IMG/VR virus record: IMGVR_UViG_3300016472_000359
Coordinates: 1-25,220 of that record
Direction: 5' to 3' (one strand)
Length of the DNA stretch: 25,220 nt
From: a virus
Taxonomy: Duplodnaviria; Caudoviricetes
Shown: positions 1 through 8,034 of the stretch, piece after piece
Layout of the letters: each line of letters opens with the position of its first letter
Position numbering within the stretch: the stretch's first letter is position 1
The notes under the pieces: model-generated
What the model was told of the DNA's origin: nothing
The model's database searches: none
The model's input: only the letters and a program-made list of their open reading frames with translations
Position numbers and translations under genes: made by a program

Positions 1-3000
1 TCCTGCACCAGGTCGGCCCCGAAATCGGGAACGTCCCCGGTCGGCTCTGCGGGCTTCTGGATCGAGTCCTTGTCGACGGGCACGGTCTCGACCGCGGAGC
101 CGTCGATGGTGACGCCGTCGCGCAGCTCGACGATGCCGTAGCTGCCGTGGTCGACCGTGAACCGCTCTCCGGCGATCTCCAGCGTGGTGCCGGGCTCGAG
201 CTTCTGCACTTCAACGATCTGCCAGTCCGGGCGGGTCGCCTCCAGTTGGCCGATGCGCTCATGCAGCCAGAGCAGGAAGTCGACGCGCGGGTCGTTGCCC
301 CGGAAGTCCTCCAGCTTGGCCAGGGCGCCGGCGATGCCCAGGTTGGCCCGACCGCCGGCGAACAAGGCACGCAGCACCTTGGCGTACTTTTCGGCCCCGA
401 TCGCGTCCAGCCAGTCGCGCCCGCTCCATCCGCCGGTGTTGCGTTCCACGACGCTGAGCCGGGTGCGCAGGTGGGGCTCGGTGCTGATCTCGTCCAGGAT
501 CTCGGTCGGGATCTTGCCGACGAACGACGTGCTGATCTCGCTGAGGGCGATCGGCTCGCCGCCCGGCCCTTCCACGGTTTCGCTGAGCACGATATCGGGA
601 AGATCCTGCGCGGCCTCGATGATCTGCTTCTCGACATCTCCGCGGCGGAACTGCCTGGGGCTTCGCGCCTCACGCTCGCGGGTCGCCTTGGCCCGCTGCG
701 CCGCCACGGCCTTGGCGGTCGCCTTGGGGGTCTCAGGCTTGCCGATCTTCTTGGGCTTGGGATCTGCGGTGATGACGTTGTCGTCGGCAAATGCCTTTGC
801 CTCTGCGTAGGCCCTGGTCCCGGCGCTTCCGCTCTGCGGATCGTCCACCATGAAACTGACCACCCGATCTTCGGTCGGGTGCGTCAACATGATGCTGCCG
901 TCTTCGTATTTGCGGACCAGCCACCCACGCCAGTTTCCCGCCGACGTTGCGCGAAGCTCGTCGATGCCCATCGGGCGTGAAATCCCGGTTTTGACGCCGG
1001 TCTGTTCTGCGGTCCCGTCGGTCTTGGTCACTCCGCTGCTGATCTTGGAGACCAGGTCGGGATAGTCGGCCAGCACTTCGGCGGGGACGGGCTTTCCCTC
1101 GGACAAAGCCTTTTCAACGGCCAAATAGTGCGCTTCAACCCCACGCTTGTAAGCGTCAACGTAGGTCCGATACGCCTGAGCCATCCCCTCTGCCGTCGCT
1201 TCGTTGTTGCTGATTTTGGCGGCAATCTCGGCGCTAATGGCAGGTGGAACCATGGCTCCGGTGCGAGCGTTGTGCCGTTGCCGTTGTCCCTTTGCCTTCT
1301 TCCTCGCGTCCTGGATGTCTTTGACGCTGTAGGGCTCTTGGTACTTCCCAACGTACTCCTCCCGCGTCATTTGCCACGGCTCGCGCGTGTCTGTTGCGGG
1401 TTCGGAGCCTGTCTTGCTGATGTCGTCCGCGGACCTGAGCTCGTCACGGTTGTAGTACCCGACCAGCTTCCCGGCGTCGTCGACCACCCTGACGCGAGAG
1501 CTTCCAAGCCCACCCTTGCCCCGCATGGTCCCGGTCTTGCCGTCCGGAGTCTCGACGCGGTCGCCGAACGATGGCGAACTACGCACCCCGTTCGTACTTG
1601 AACCCTGCTTCTTGGCACCCTTCTCGAACCGCGTCTGAGTGCGGCCAAAGACGTACTCGTTGGCCGCGTCCCGGCTGGCCGGCGGGATCAGCTTGCGGTT
1701 CTTCTTGAGGTCAGCGAGCTCGCGCTCAAACACGGGCTTGTTGAAGTCGTCGCCCTGGTGCTCGGCCTCCGCGACCGCCTCCGTCAAGATCCACTGATCC
1801 ATGGCTAGCAGGGCCTTCTTGGCGGCCCGGTCGTTGGTGCTCTTGATGTCCGGCGGCGGGGCGATGGGTCGCCCCGTCTTGGAAACCAAGTTGTCGGGAT
1901 CCTGAACCTCCGGAGCTTCGGCGGTGTTGTACGGCACGGGCCTGCGGATCGCGGGCTGGAACCCCGGCGTGGTGCCAGGGTTACTACGAACCCCGTTCGT
2001 ACTTGAACCCGTGGAAGCCTGCGCACCTTCGGAGCGCTTTGGAGCGCCCTCGGTGCCAGAAATCGGCCCTGCGGCGTCGCCAGGGGCGTTTTCGGGGGTG
2101 CGCACCGGAGCGCCTTCGAGCGCGGGGGCCTTGCCCTTGGCCTCGCGTTCGGCCTGCGCCTTGCGTCGGAAGCTGCGCATGCGCAGCTCGTTCCCGGCCT
2201 CCTGAACCGCTCCCCGCGGATAGACGCCGTGATCGTTCGGGTCGTCAAGAACCGCGTGCTCGGTGTGCCCCCATGCGTAGGGCTTGCCGGTCTGGTGGTT
2301 GGTCTTGAAGGTCGTGAGCCGCCACGGCTTGCCCGTCGGGTCGGTGTTGCGGCTGATGATCGCAAACTGCCCATCGCCCAGGTCAATCTTCCCGCCGTCG
2401 GGCCCGATCGACTTCCGGACCATGTCCTCCGACACGCGGCGAACCTGCTCCTGCCGAGCGACGATGTCGTCAAACGTCCGCTCTTGCTTGGACGTACCCT
2501 GCTCGGATGCAGCCGTACCAGATTCCAGGTTCGCAGCCGTGGACGCGGGAGCTTTTTGAGGACTACCAGCGAGCTCTGTCTGAGGGGCGGGTTCAGACGC
2601 GGACCTGGGCGGCGACGTATCCCCCGCCTCCTGTTGTGCCGCCCCGTTTCCGTCCATCGCCAGCGGAGCAGCTTCGGCACTTGGCTGGGGCGACTCGATC
2701 GCGTCGGGCTCCCGACGCGCCGCCCGCTTTTGCTGCTCCTCAATCCTCCTGACCCGCTTCTCGGCCCGCCCGACCTGGACCGTGTCCAGCGCCTCGATGT
2801 GCGCGGGGATTTCCGGGCCCTTGGTCTCGAGCTCGACCGCAAACCCGGCGCCGCCCAGCATCGGACGCACCACCGTGCGCGGCTCGCCCTCCACCCGGCG
2901 GTTGTTGCGGAACGCGGCGACCTCATGGGCCTCCTGCTCGGTCCGGTAGACCTCGGCCCCGTCAGGGGTCCGCAGGACAGGCTCGGGCTGGACCCAACGC

Positions 3001-4478
3001 GGGCCGGTCTCCGGGCGGGCCCTGGGCAGGCTCACGGGCTCGGGGAGCTCGGTCGGGGCGAACCGCTCCATCATCTGCCTGACCGACATCCCCGGGCCGT
3101 CGGGCTGCTGTTCCGCGAAGCGACCCCGGCCCTTGATGGCGATCTGCCCAGGCTCCAGCGGCGGCTCCACGGGCTCCACCCTGCCGTCCCGCACGCGACC
3201 GCGACCCTTGATGGCAAACTCGGCGTCGGCCTCTGAGCTTTCCAACCCACCGGATTCCGGCGGGATCTGCTGGCCACGGGCCTGCTGCTTGGCCAGGATC
3301 TCGTCCATCTTGGCCTGAACGTCGGCGCCCGGCCCGCCAGGGGGAGTCTGCGGGGCGTCGGCGGGGCGTTGGCGCGGAGCTTGTGGACCACGTCCGCCCC
3401 TCGCGGACCCGGCCATCTGCATACCCCCGCCGATCAACAGGCCGCCGCCGACACCGCCAGCGAAGTTCTCGACGGACTGGTCCGCAAACTCCCCGAGCGT
3501 CGGCCACTGGCCCGTGCGGGCCCCCTGCGCAATCGTGGAGACCGTGTTCTGCAAAACCTCCTCAAGCCCCTCCTCCAGCCCGGTCTTGAGCCACGCCTCA
3601 ATCCCGCGCCGCAGAACCCCGTGCACGATGGCCCTGGATGCCTCTTTCTGGAAGCCGCCGCCCTGCTCGATGCCCGCGTTGATGAGCCCGTTGATGACGG
3701 ACGGCACAAAGGCGTCGGCGAGCGCGTCCTCCTCGGCCCACCCCTGCGAGCGCCGGATGTCATAGATGGCCTTGGCCGCGTTGCCGGTCTCGAGCACGAA
3801 GGTCGGGATCATGCCGCCCGCGGCGGCACCAACGGGGCCCGCGACCAGGGCGCCGCCGACCGTGCCGCCGAGCGACACGACCGACTGGGGCGCGGACTTG
3901 AAGGCGGTCCGGACGAACCACTCCGGGGTGTACCGCTCATGCGCCCGCACGGGCATGGTCTCGGCGATGCTCTGCGAGCGGAGCTCGCCCGCCACCTGCA
4001 ACGACTCGCCAAGGGCGCCAATGGTCGACGGCTGCCGGAACTCACGCACGGGAGCGCCGCCGATGCCAGGAGCCAGCGTCGCCCGCTGCAAGGGCTGGGG
4101 CGGCTGGGGCGTCGCTCCGGGAATCTCGGGCTCGAACCGCTGCACAAGCTGATTGCTCGGCCCGGTCGGCGCGAACGTCGACACGGTCCGCATCGCGCCG
4201 GGTGCGACCGCCCGCCCGTACCCGAACCCCTCGCGGGCGGCGGCGTCGGCGCTGCGGAGCCCAATGCCAACGCTGGAAGCCATATCGGCGATGCCCTCTC
4301 GCCACGACGCCCCGGGGATGCCCAGAGCCTCCTCGGCCTCGCTGGGCCTGGAGGACCGTGGCGCGGTCCCGTACCGCTGCCTCAGAAAGTCGGCGACCGG
4401 ATCGGGCGCGGGAGCACCACCCCCGACGCCGTACTTGGCGGCCAGGAAGGCGGAAATGGGGTCAGACGGGGTGCTCAT
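1..4478 (-). CDS. Giant multidomain (polyvalent-type) virion/ejection protein, >1490 aa, 3' end beyond the window
   Basis: ATG at 4478 (MSTPSDPISAFLAAKYG...). No stop found in the stretches I translated by hand, the same frame is still coding at the left edge (...TGDVPDFGADLVQ), and the track lists no closed ORF from this start. Gly/Ala-rich N-terminal part with an EEGLEEVLQ motif, then small domains (PWRLTTF..WGHTE; DQWILTEAVAEAEHQGDDFN..EYVFG; SH3-like GDRVETPDGKTG; EPWQMTREEY..ALSEGKPVPAEVLADYPDL) joined by disordered linkers. Last gene of the ejection cluster. Confidence 0.85.
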   Translation of the reverse strand, partial: MSTPSDPISAFLAAKYGVGGGAPAPDPVADFLRQRYGTAPRSSRPSEAEEALGIPGASWREGIADMASSVGIGLRSADAAAREGFGYGRAVAPGAMRTVSTFAPTGPSNQLVQRFEPEIPGATPQPPQPLQRATLAPGIGGAPVREFRQPSTIGALGESLQVAGELRSQSIAETMPVRAHERYTPEWFVRTAFKSAPQSVVSLGGTVGGALVAGPVGAAAGGMIPTFVLETGNAAKAIYDIRRSQGWAEEDALADAFVPSVINGLINAGIEQGGGFQKEASRAIVHGVLRRGIEAWLKTGLEEGLEEVLQNTVSTIAQGARTGQWPTLGEFADQSVENFAGGVGGGLLIGGGMQMAGSARGGRGPQAPRQRPADAPQTPPGGPGADVQAKMDEILAKQQARGQQIPPESGGLESSEADAEFAIKGRGRVRDGRVEPVEPPLEPGQIAIKGRGRFAEQQPDGPGMSVRQMMERFAPTELPEPVSLPRARPETGPRWVQPEPVLRTPDGAEVYRTEQEAHEVAAFRNNRRVEGEPRTVVRPMLGGAGFAVELETKGPEIPAHIEALDTVQVGRAEKRVRRIEEQQKRAARREPDAIESPQPSAEAAPLAMDGNGAAQQEAGDTSPPRSASEPAPQTELAGSPQKAPASTAANLESGTAASEQGTSKQERTFDDIVARQEQVRRVSEDMVRKSIGPDGGKIDLGDGQFAIISRNTDPTGKPWRLTTFKTNHQTGKPYAWGHTEHAVLDDPNDHGVYPRGAVQEAGNELRMRSFRRKAQAEREAKGKAPALEGAPVRTPENAPGDAAGPISGTEGAPKRSEGAQASTGSSTNGVRSNPGTTPGFQPAIRRPVPYNTAEAPEVQDPDNLVSKTGRPIAPPPDIKSTNDRAAKKALLAMDQWILTEAVAEAEHQGDDFNKPVFERELADLKKNRKLIPPASRDAANEYVFGRTQTRFEKGAKKQGSSTNGVRSSPSFGDRVETPDGKTGTMRGKGGLGSSRVRVVDDAGKLVGYYNRDELRSADDISKTGSEPATDTREPWQMTREEYVGKYQEPYSVKDIQDARKKAKGQRQRHNARTGAMVPPAISAEIAAKISNNEATAEGMAQAYRTYVDAYKRGVEAHYLAVEKALSEGKPVPAEVLADYPDLVSKISSGVTKTDGTAEQTGVKTGISRPMGIDELRATSAGNWRGWLVRKYEDGSIMLTHPTEDRVVSFMVDDPQSGSAGTRAYAEAKAFADDNVITADPKPKKIGKPETPKATAKAVAAQRAKATREREARSPRQFRRGDVEKQIIEAAQDLPDIVLSETVEGPGGEPIALSEISTSFVGKIPTEILDEISTEPHLRTRLSVVERNTGGWSGRDWLDAIGAEKYAKVLRALFAGGRANLGIAGALAKLEDFRGNDPRVDFLLWLHERIGQLEATRPDWQIVEVQKLEPGTTLEIAGERFTVDHGSYGIVELRDGVTIDGSAVETVPVDKDSIQKPAEPTGDVPDFGADLVQ
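1578..2010. repeat. 28-bp direct repeat, 27/28 identical (1578-1605 and 1983-2010)
   Basis: actacgcaccccgttcgtacttgaaccc vs actacgaaccccgttcgtacttgaaccc, 405 bp apart, both encoding GSSTNGVRS in the giant ORF. Confidence 0.9.
2507..2752 (+). CDS. Candidate nested antisense small protein (81 aa)
   Basis: MQPYQIPGSQPWTRELFEDYQRALSEGRV...; TACCCT (2495-2500) lies 6 nt before the ATG. The overlapped sense frame is a disordered linker with many A/T-ending codons. Confidence 0.35.
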   Translation: MQPYQIPGSQPWTRELFEDYQRALSEGRVQTRTWAATYPPPPVVPPRFRPSPAEQLRHLAGATRSRRAPDAPPAFAAPQSS

Positions 4479-4497
4479 GTTCGTACTTTGATCGCCG

Positions 4498-4526
4498 TTG
4501 TGCCTTGTCTTTTCAGAAGTTAGGAT
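4498..4526 (+). promoter_or_regulatory. Sigma70-like promoter for the small antisense membrane-protein gene
   Basis: TTGTGC (4498-4503), 17 nt, TAGGAT (4521-4526), ATG 8 nt further on, in an AT-rich intergenic gap. Confidence 0.55.
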
Positions 4527-4534
4527 CTTCTTCT

Positions 4535-4708
4535 ATGGACCCCATCATGTTCTGGGTGCTGCTCGTCCCCGGCCTGCTGCTTGTGTTCTGCGTCTACTTC
4601 TACCTGATCGACCCCTGGATCTGGAACGTGCTCGGGTGGATCGTCGATCCGCTTGATCCGTTCATCTCGCGGGTGTGGAAGTGGACGGAGCGACTGCGCC
4701 GCTGGTGA
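4535..4708 (+). CDS. Small membrane protein (57 aa), candidate superinfection exclusion factor
   Basis: MDPIMFWVLLVPGLLLVFCVYFYLIDPWIWNVLGWIVDPLDPFISRVWKWTERLRRW: one TM helix, a Trp-rich amphipathic segment and a basic tail; mostly G/C-ending codons; own promoter; antisense between ejection genes. Confidence 0.7.
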   Translation: MDPIMFWVLLVPGLLLVFCVYFYLIDPWIWNVLGWIVDPLDPFISRVWKWTERLRRW

Positions 4709-5966
4709 TCCTCCGCATGTGTGCCTCCAGGCTTCGGATGTCCTCCGGGTTGCCCGGATCGAAGGTACGTCCCGGGTTCTGGGCGGACCACTCCCGCATG
4801 GCCCTGTCGTGAACCGCCTGCATCTCTTGGCCTCCGGCGGGTGCCATTGGTGCTCCTTGTGATCCCGTGAGCGTCGTTGGTGCCCCTTGTGCGCCCATGG
4901 GCGCGAGCGAGGCGTCCCGCGGGTCGATGAACGGGATCCCGTTCTGGGCCAGGAGCATCTTGGTCTTGTTCATCCGAACAAGCTCCTCGGCGGGATCGAC
5001 CACCGAAGTCATGCCGATGGTTCGGCTGAGCATCGTCCCCGGGCGATTGGTCGGATCCCACGCGATGCTCGAAGGCGACGGTGGGGGCTTCCCGTTGGCG
5101 ATCATGTAGGCGTTGACGTATGCCTCGTCGTACTTCCCCTTGGCGTCGGTCTGTCCGATCATCACCACCTTGCCCGTCCCGCGGAGCGTGCCCGCGTCGG
5201 GCATGATGCCGCCGGGGCCCCTTCCCGCGGCCCGGACGTTCGCGTCCAGGACCGATTCGACCATGCGGTCGTAAATCTGCCACGCGAAGTCGCCCCCGCG
5301 CTTGGACGCCACCTTGAAAAGCCGCCACGCCGGCGAGTTCTCCCCGACGGCCTGCTTCACCATCTCGACTTCTTCGGGGTCAAAGTCCCTGGGCGGGTTG
5401 CCCGGGAGGCCCATCTCATCGCGCCAGGACACATAGGCGTGCGCCTGCTTCTTCAAGTCTGGGGACAGCACGGACGCATCAATGGCGGCACGCTTGCGGG
5501 CGACGGCCTGCGCGTTGGCCGCGTCGCCCATCTGCATCATGGTCGGGGCGAGCATCCCGGCCTGCATCTGGCCCGGCAGGGAGCCGAACTGCTCGGGCGT
5601 GAGCCCCACCCCGGGCTCCGGATCTCCCGGCTTTGGCGGCCCCATGCCGGTAGGGGTGGGATTGAAAAGGCCCTGCTGCTGCCCAAGGGCGACCATCGCG
5701 GACCGCTGCTGGTCCTCGAGCGTGTTCCGCCGCGTCTGGTCCGCGGCGATCCTGTTCTCCTGCCGCTCGTTGAGGTCCAACGCGCGGGCACCCTGCGCCG
5801 CGACGCGGGCCTCCTGCTCGCGGGCGAACATGAGCCGCGCGGCGGCCTCCCGGAGCATCTCCTTGCGGTATTCGCGCTCGTCGATGATCTGAGCCATGTT
5901 CTGACCCAGGCCAAAGCCCGAGCCCATGGCCTGCATCAGTCCGGTGTTGAGGATGGGGTCGGGCAT
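4662..5966 (-). CDS. Internal virion / DNA ejection protein (434 aa)
   Basis: GLMQAMGSGFGLGQ N-terminus followed by a charged coiled coil (EREYRKEMLRE..ERQENR); Met/Gln/Pro-rich; position in the ejection cluster. Confidence 0.7.
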   Translation of the reverse strand: MPDPILNTGLMQAMGSGFGLGQNMAQIIDEREYRKEMLREAAARLMFAREQEARVAAQGARALDLNERQENRIAADQTRRNTLEDQQRSAMVALGQQQGLFNPTPTGMGPPKPGDPEPGVGLTPEQFGSLPGQMQAGMLAPTMMQMGDAANAQAVARKRAAIDASVLSPDLKKQAHAYVSWRDEMGLPGNPPRDFDPEEVEMVKQAVGENSPAWRLFKVASKRGGDFAWQIYDRMVESVLDANVRAAGRGPGGIMPDAGTLRGTGKVVMIGQTDAKGKYDEAYVNAYMIANGKPPPSPSSIAWDPTNRPGTMLSRTIGMTSVVDPAEELVRMNKTKMLLAQNGIPFIDPRDASLAPMGAQGAPTTLTGSQGAPMAPAGGQEMQAVHDRAMREWSAQNPGRTFDPGNPEDIRSLEAHMRRITSGAVAPSTSTPAR

Positions 5967-5973
5967 GGCTTGG

Positions 5974-6504
5974 TCAGGCGAAGATGGCGAGGTCGGTCAC
6001 GATGTCGGTGGCCCCGGCGTTATGCACCGACAGGGCGTAGGCGCGGCCCGTGGCAACCGTTCCCAGACCCGGGAGGGTCGGCTCTCCGGCGCTGATGGCG
6101 GCGGGGTTGGTGGCGGTGGGAACCACCAGGAGGGCTCGGCCCGCGATGACGGCGGGCATCCCAGCCGCAGCGGGGAACTGGAACGCATGAACGTGCGTCC
6201 CCAGCGGAGTCTGGTCGGCGTCGCTGGTCGGCTTGTCGGCGTGGAGGAAGCAGTACGCGAGCTCATCGCACGCCACCACGAACAGCGCCGGGTCGATGGG
6301 GAGATCCAGGTAATCCCACACCACGATCGTCTGCCCCGCCGGCACGATGATGCCGGTGGTCTTGACGACCTGAGAGCCCGCGGTGGTGAGCTCGGCGACG
6401 CCCGCGGACGAGTGGCGGAACGGCTCCGAGAGCGAGCCGATCCCGCGGGTGAGCCCCTGGTGCCGGTGTTCGACGCGCAGAAAGATGTCCAGGTCAGAGG
6501 CCAC
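5974..6504 (-). CDS. Hypothetical beta-rich virion-associated protein (176 aa)
   Basis: GTG start, tight packing with both neighbours, alternating hydrophobic beta-strand pattern. Confidence 0.65.
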   Translation of the reverse strand: MASDLDIFLRVEHRHQGLTRGIGSLSEPFRHSSAGVAELTTAGSQVVKTTGIIVPAGQTIVVWDYLDLPIDPALFVVACDELAYCFLHADKPTSDADQTPLGTHVHAFQFPAAAGMPAVIAGRALLVVPTATNPAAISAGEPTLPGLGTVATGRAYALSVHNAGATDIVTDLAIFA

Positions 6505-6507
6505 GAT

Positions 6508-7593
6508 TCACCCCCCCAAAAGCTGCCGCATCCAGAGCATCGAACCGATCTGCGACCCGGCGTTGCCCAGGCTGGCAAGGCCCGTGCCCATCGCCGACGC
6601 CCCCGCTGGCGTGTAGCTCGGGATCCCCCCCGAGTTGCCGATCACGCCCATCCCCGTGGAAATGGGCATCATGCGGTAGTTCAGGATCCGATCGAGGCCC
6701 GACGAGTCCAGGTTGGTCTGCCCGGCGGAACGCCCATACTCCCGGTCGATCTGCCCCTGCCCCGAACGCTCCAGAGCATCCAGCCAACCCCGCGCCATGG
6801 TGAGGCCCTGCCCCGAACGCTCCGAGAGCATGGACCGCGCAAGGTTGGTCTTGAGCCCGATCTGGGAGTCAGAGAGGGCCTGCTTGGCGTCGTTGGTGTT
6901 CTCGGACACGCGACGGGCGTTGCCCGAGAGCATGTCGCCGGCGGTCGTTGAGTTCCCGAACCCCGTGGAGGCAAGCTGTGCGAGCGTCGACCGATTCATC
7001 CCGGTCAGAGCCTTCGAGGCGTCCCGCTCGATGATCGCCTCCCGGCCTTTTCCCCACTGGTCCGCCATCCCCATGATGTCGCCGGCGCCCTTGTCGTACG
7101 CGCCCATCAGACCGTCCGTGGAGCCCTTCCACGCCGACGCCAGGCCCGCCAGGTTCGCCCCCGAAAGCCCGGACAGACGCCCGGTCTCCGCGGCGTAGCC
7201 GTTGCGGATCGCCCCAGACTGGTCCGATGCAAGACCGGCAAGGCCCCGCATCTGATCCATCCACGGGCCACCAATCGACTTGGTGAAGGCGTCGGCGGCT
7301 TTGCCGTTGCCCTGCGACCCATAGATCATGTTCAGGAAGTTGTCGTTCCCGAAGAAGCTGCCAGCGTTCCGCTGGTACTGCTCGCCCATCCGGGCGGCTT
7401 CCCAGTCGCGGGCCTTGCGGGCGTCACGCCCGGCGCCAGACGCGCCGAAGATCCCGCCGAGCGACGAGAGACCGATGCCGCCGCCAAGAAGCCACGGTGC
7501 CAGGGCTCCCAGACCGGCCCCGGCTCCTGCGCCGACCCCGGCGCCGCCGCTGGCCGCGGCCCCGAGTGCCCCAAAGAGTGCGGGAGAAAGCAT
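6508..7593 (-). CDS. Gly/Ala-rich DNA ejection (pilot) protein, P22 gp7-like position (361 aa)
   Basis: Hydrophobic Gly/Ala N-terminus (GGGIGLSSLGGIFGASGA), helical middle, LASTGFGNST motif, Gly-rich C-terminus. Confidence 0.75.
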   Translation of the reverse strand: MLSPALFGALGAAASGGAGVGAGAGAGLGALAPWLLGGGIGLSSLGGIFGASGAGRDARKARDWEAARMGEQYQRNAGSFFGNDNFLNMIYGSQGNGKAADAFTKSIGGPWMDQMRGLAGLASDQSGAIRNGYAAETGRLSGLSGANLAGLASAWKGSTDGLMGAYDKGAGDIMGMADQWGKGREAIIERDASKALTGMNRSTLAQLASTGFGNSTTAGDMLSGNARRVSENTNDAKQALSDSQIGLKTNLARSMLSERSGQGLTMARGWLDALERSGQGQIDREYGRSAGQTNLDSSGLDRILNYRMMPISTGMGVIGNSGGIPSYTPAGASAMGTGLASLGNAGSQIGSMLWMRQLLGG

Positions 7594-7611
7594 GGCGGCG
7601 TCCCTTCCCGA

Positions 7612-8034
7612 TCACGCCCAGGCGACCTCGCCCGAGTCGTTGATCTGCTCGACGACACATGCCTTGACCCAACGAGAGGATACGCCAGCGACCGTCAGGT
7701 CGACGACGATTTTCCCGTTCGCGTCGGTCTCGGCGAGATAGTGCTGGTTCGCGGCGATGGTCTGGATCGCCGTCCCGGCAACGAAGGCGAGGGTGTGAGA
7801 CCCGGAGGGGGCGCCGCTGGCGGTGTCCGTCGTCCAAAACTGCACCAACCAGCGACGGCCCCACTCCTTCCCCATCCGATCGACCACCTGAATCGTGAAC
7901 CGGCGCACGTTTGCCGCTTCGGCTCCGGCGGTGATCCTTGCCTCGGCCCTCGGTCGGTCGAACAGCGACGCCACCTGCTGCTGGAACATGGCGGGCGTCG
8001 CGGTCGGCGCGATGGTGCGGGTGTCTCTGCTCAT
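7612..8034 (-). CDS. Small tail-associated protein with Ig-like domain (140 aa)
   Basis: TDANGKIVVDLTV resembles the bacterial Ig-like (Big_1) signature; ATGA overlap with the nozzle gene; occupies the P22 gp26 position. Confidence 0.6.
   Translation of the reverse strand: MSRDTRTIAPTATPAMFQQQVASLFDRPRAEARITAGAEAANVRRFTIQVVDRMGKEWGRRWLVQFWTTDTASGAPSGSHTLAFVAGTAIQTIAANQHYLAETDANGKIVVDLTVAGVSSRWVKACVVEQINDSGEVAWA

Noticed and set aside
1578-2010. Repeat pair as a CRISPR array, LexA box or tRNA-derived att site
   Set aside because: Only two copies 405 bp apart and no cas genes; CGAAC-N3-GTTCG has the wrong spacing for the N4 Gram-positive SOS box; GGGTTCAAGT resembles a T-arm but no cloverleaf can be built.
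2171-2188. 18-bp perfect palindrome AGCTGCGCATGCGCAGCT
   Set aside because: Single occurrence inside coding sequence with no regulatory context; plausible by chance in GC-rich DNA.
4847-4891. Short 30-nt-period repeat (ttggtgctccttgtg / ttggtgccccttgtg)
   Set aside because: Explained by a QGAP peptide duplication in a disordered linker.
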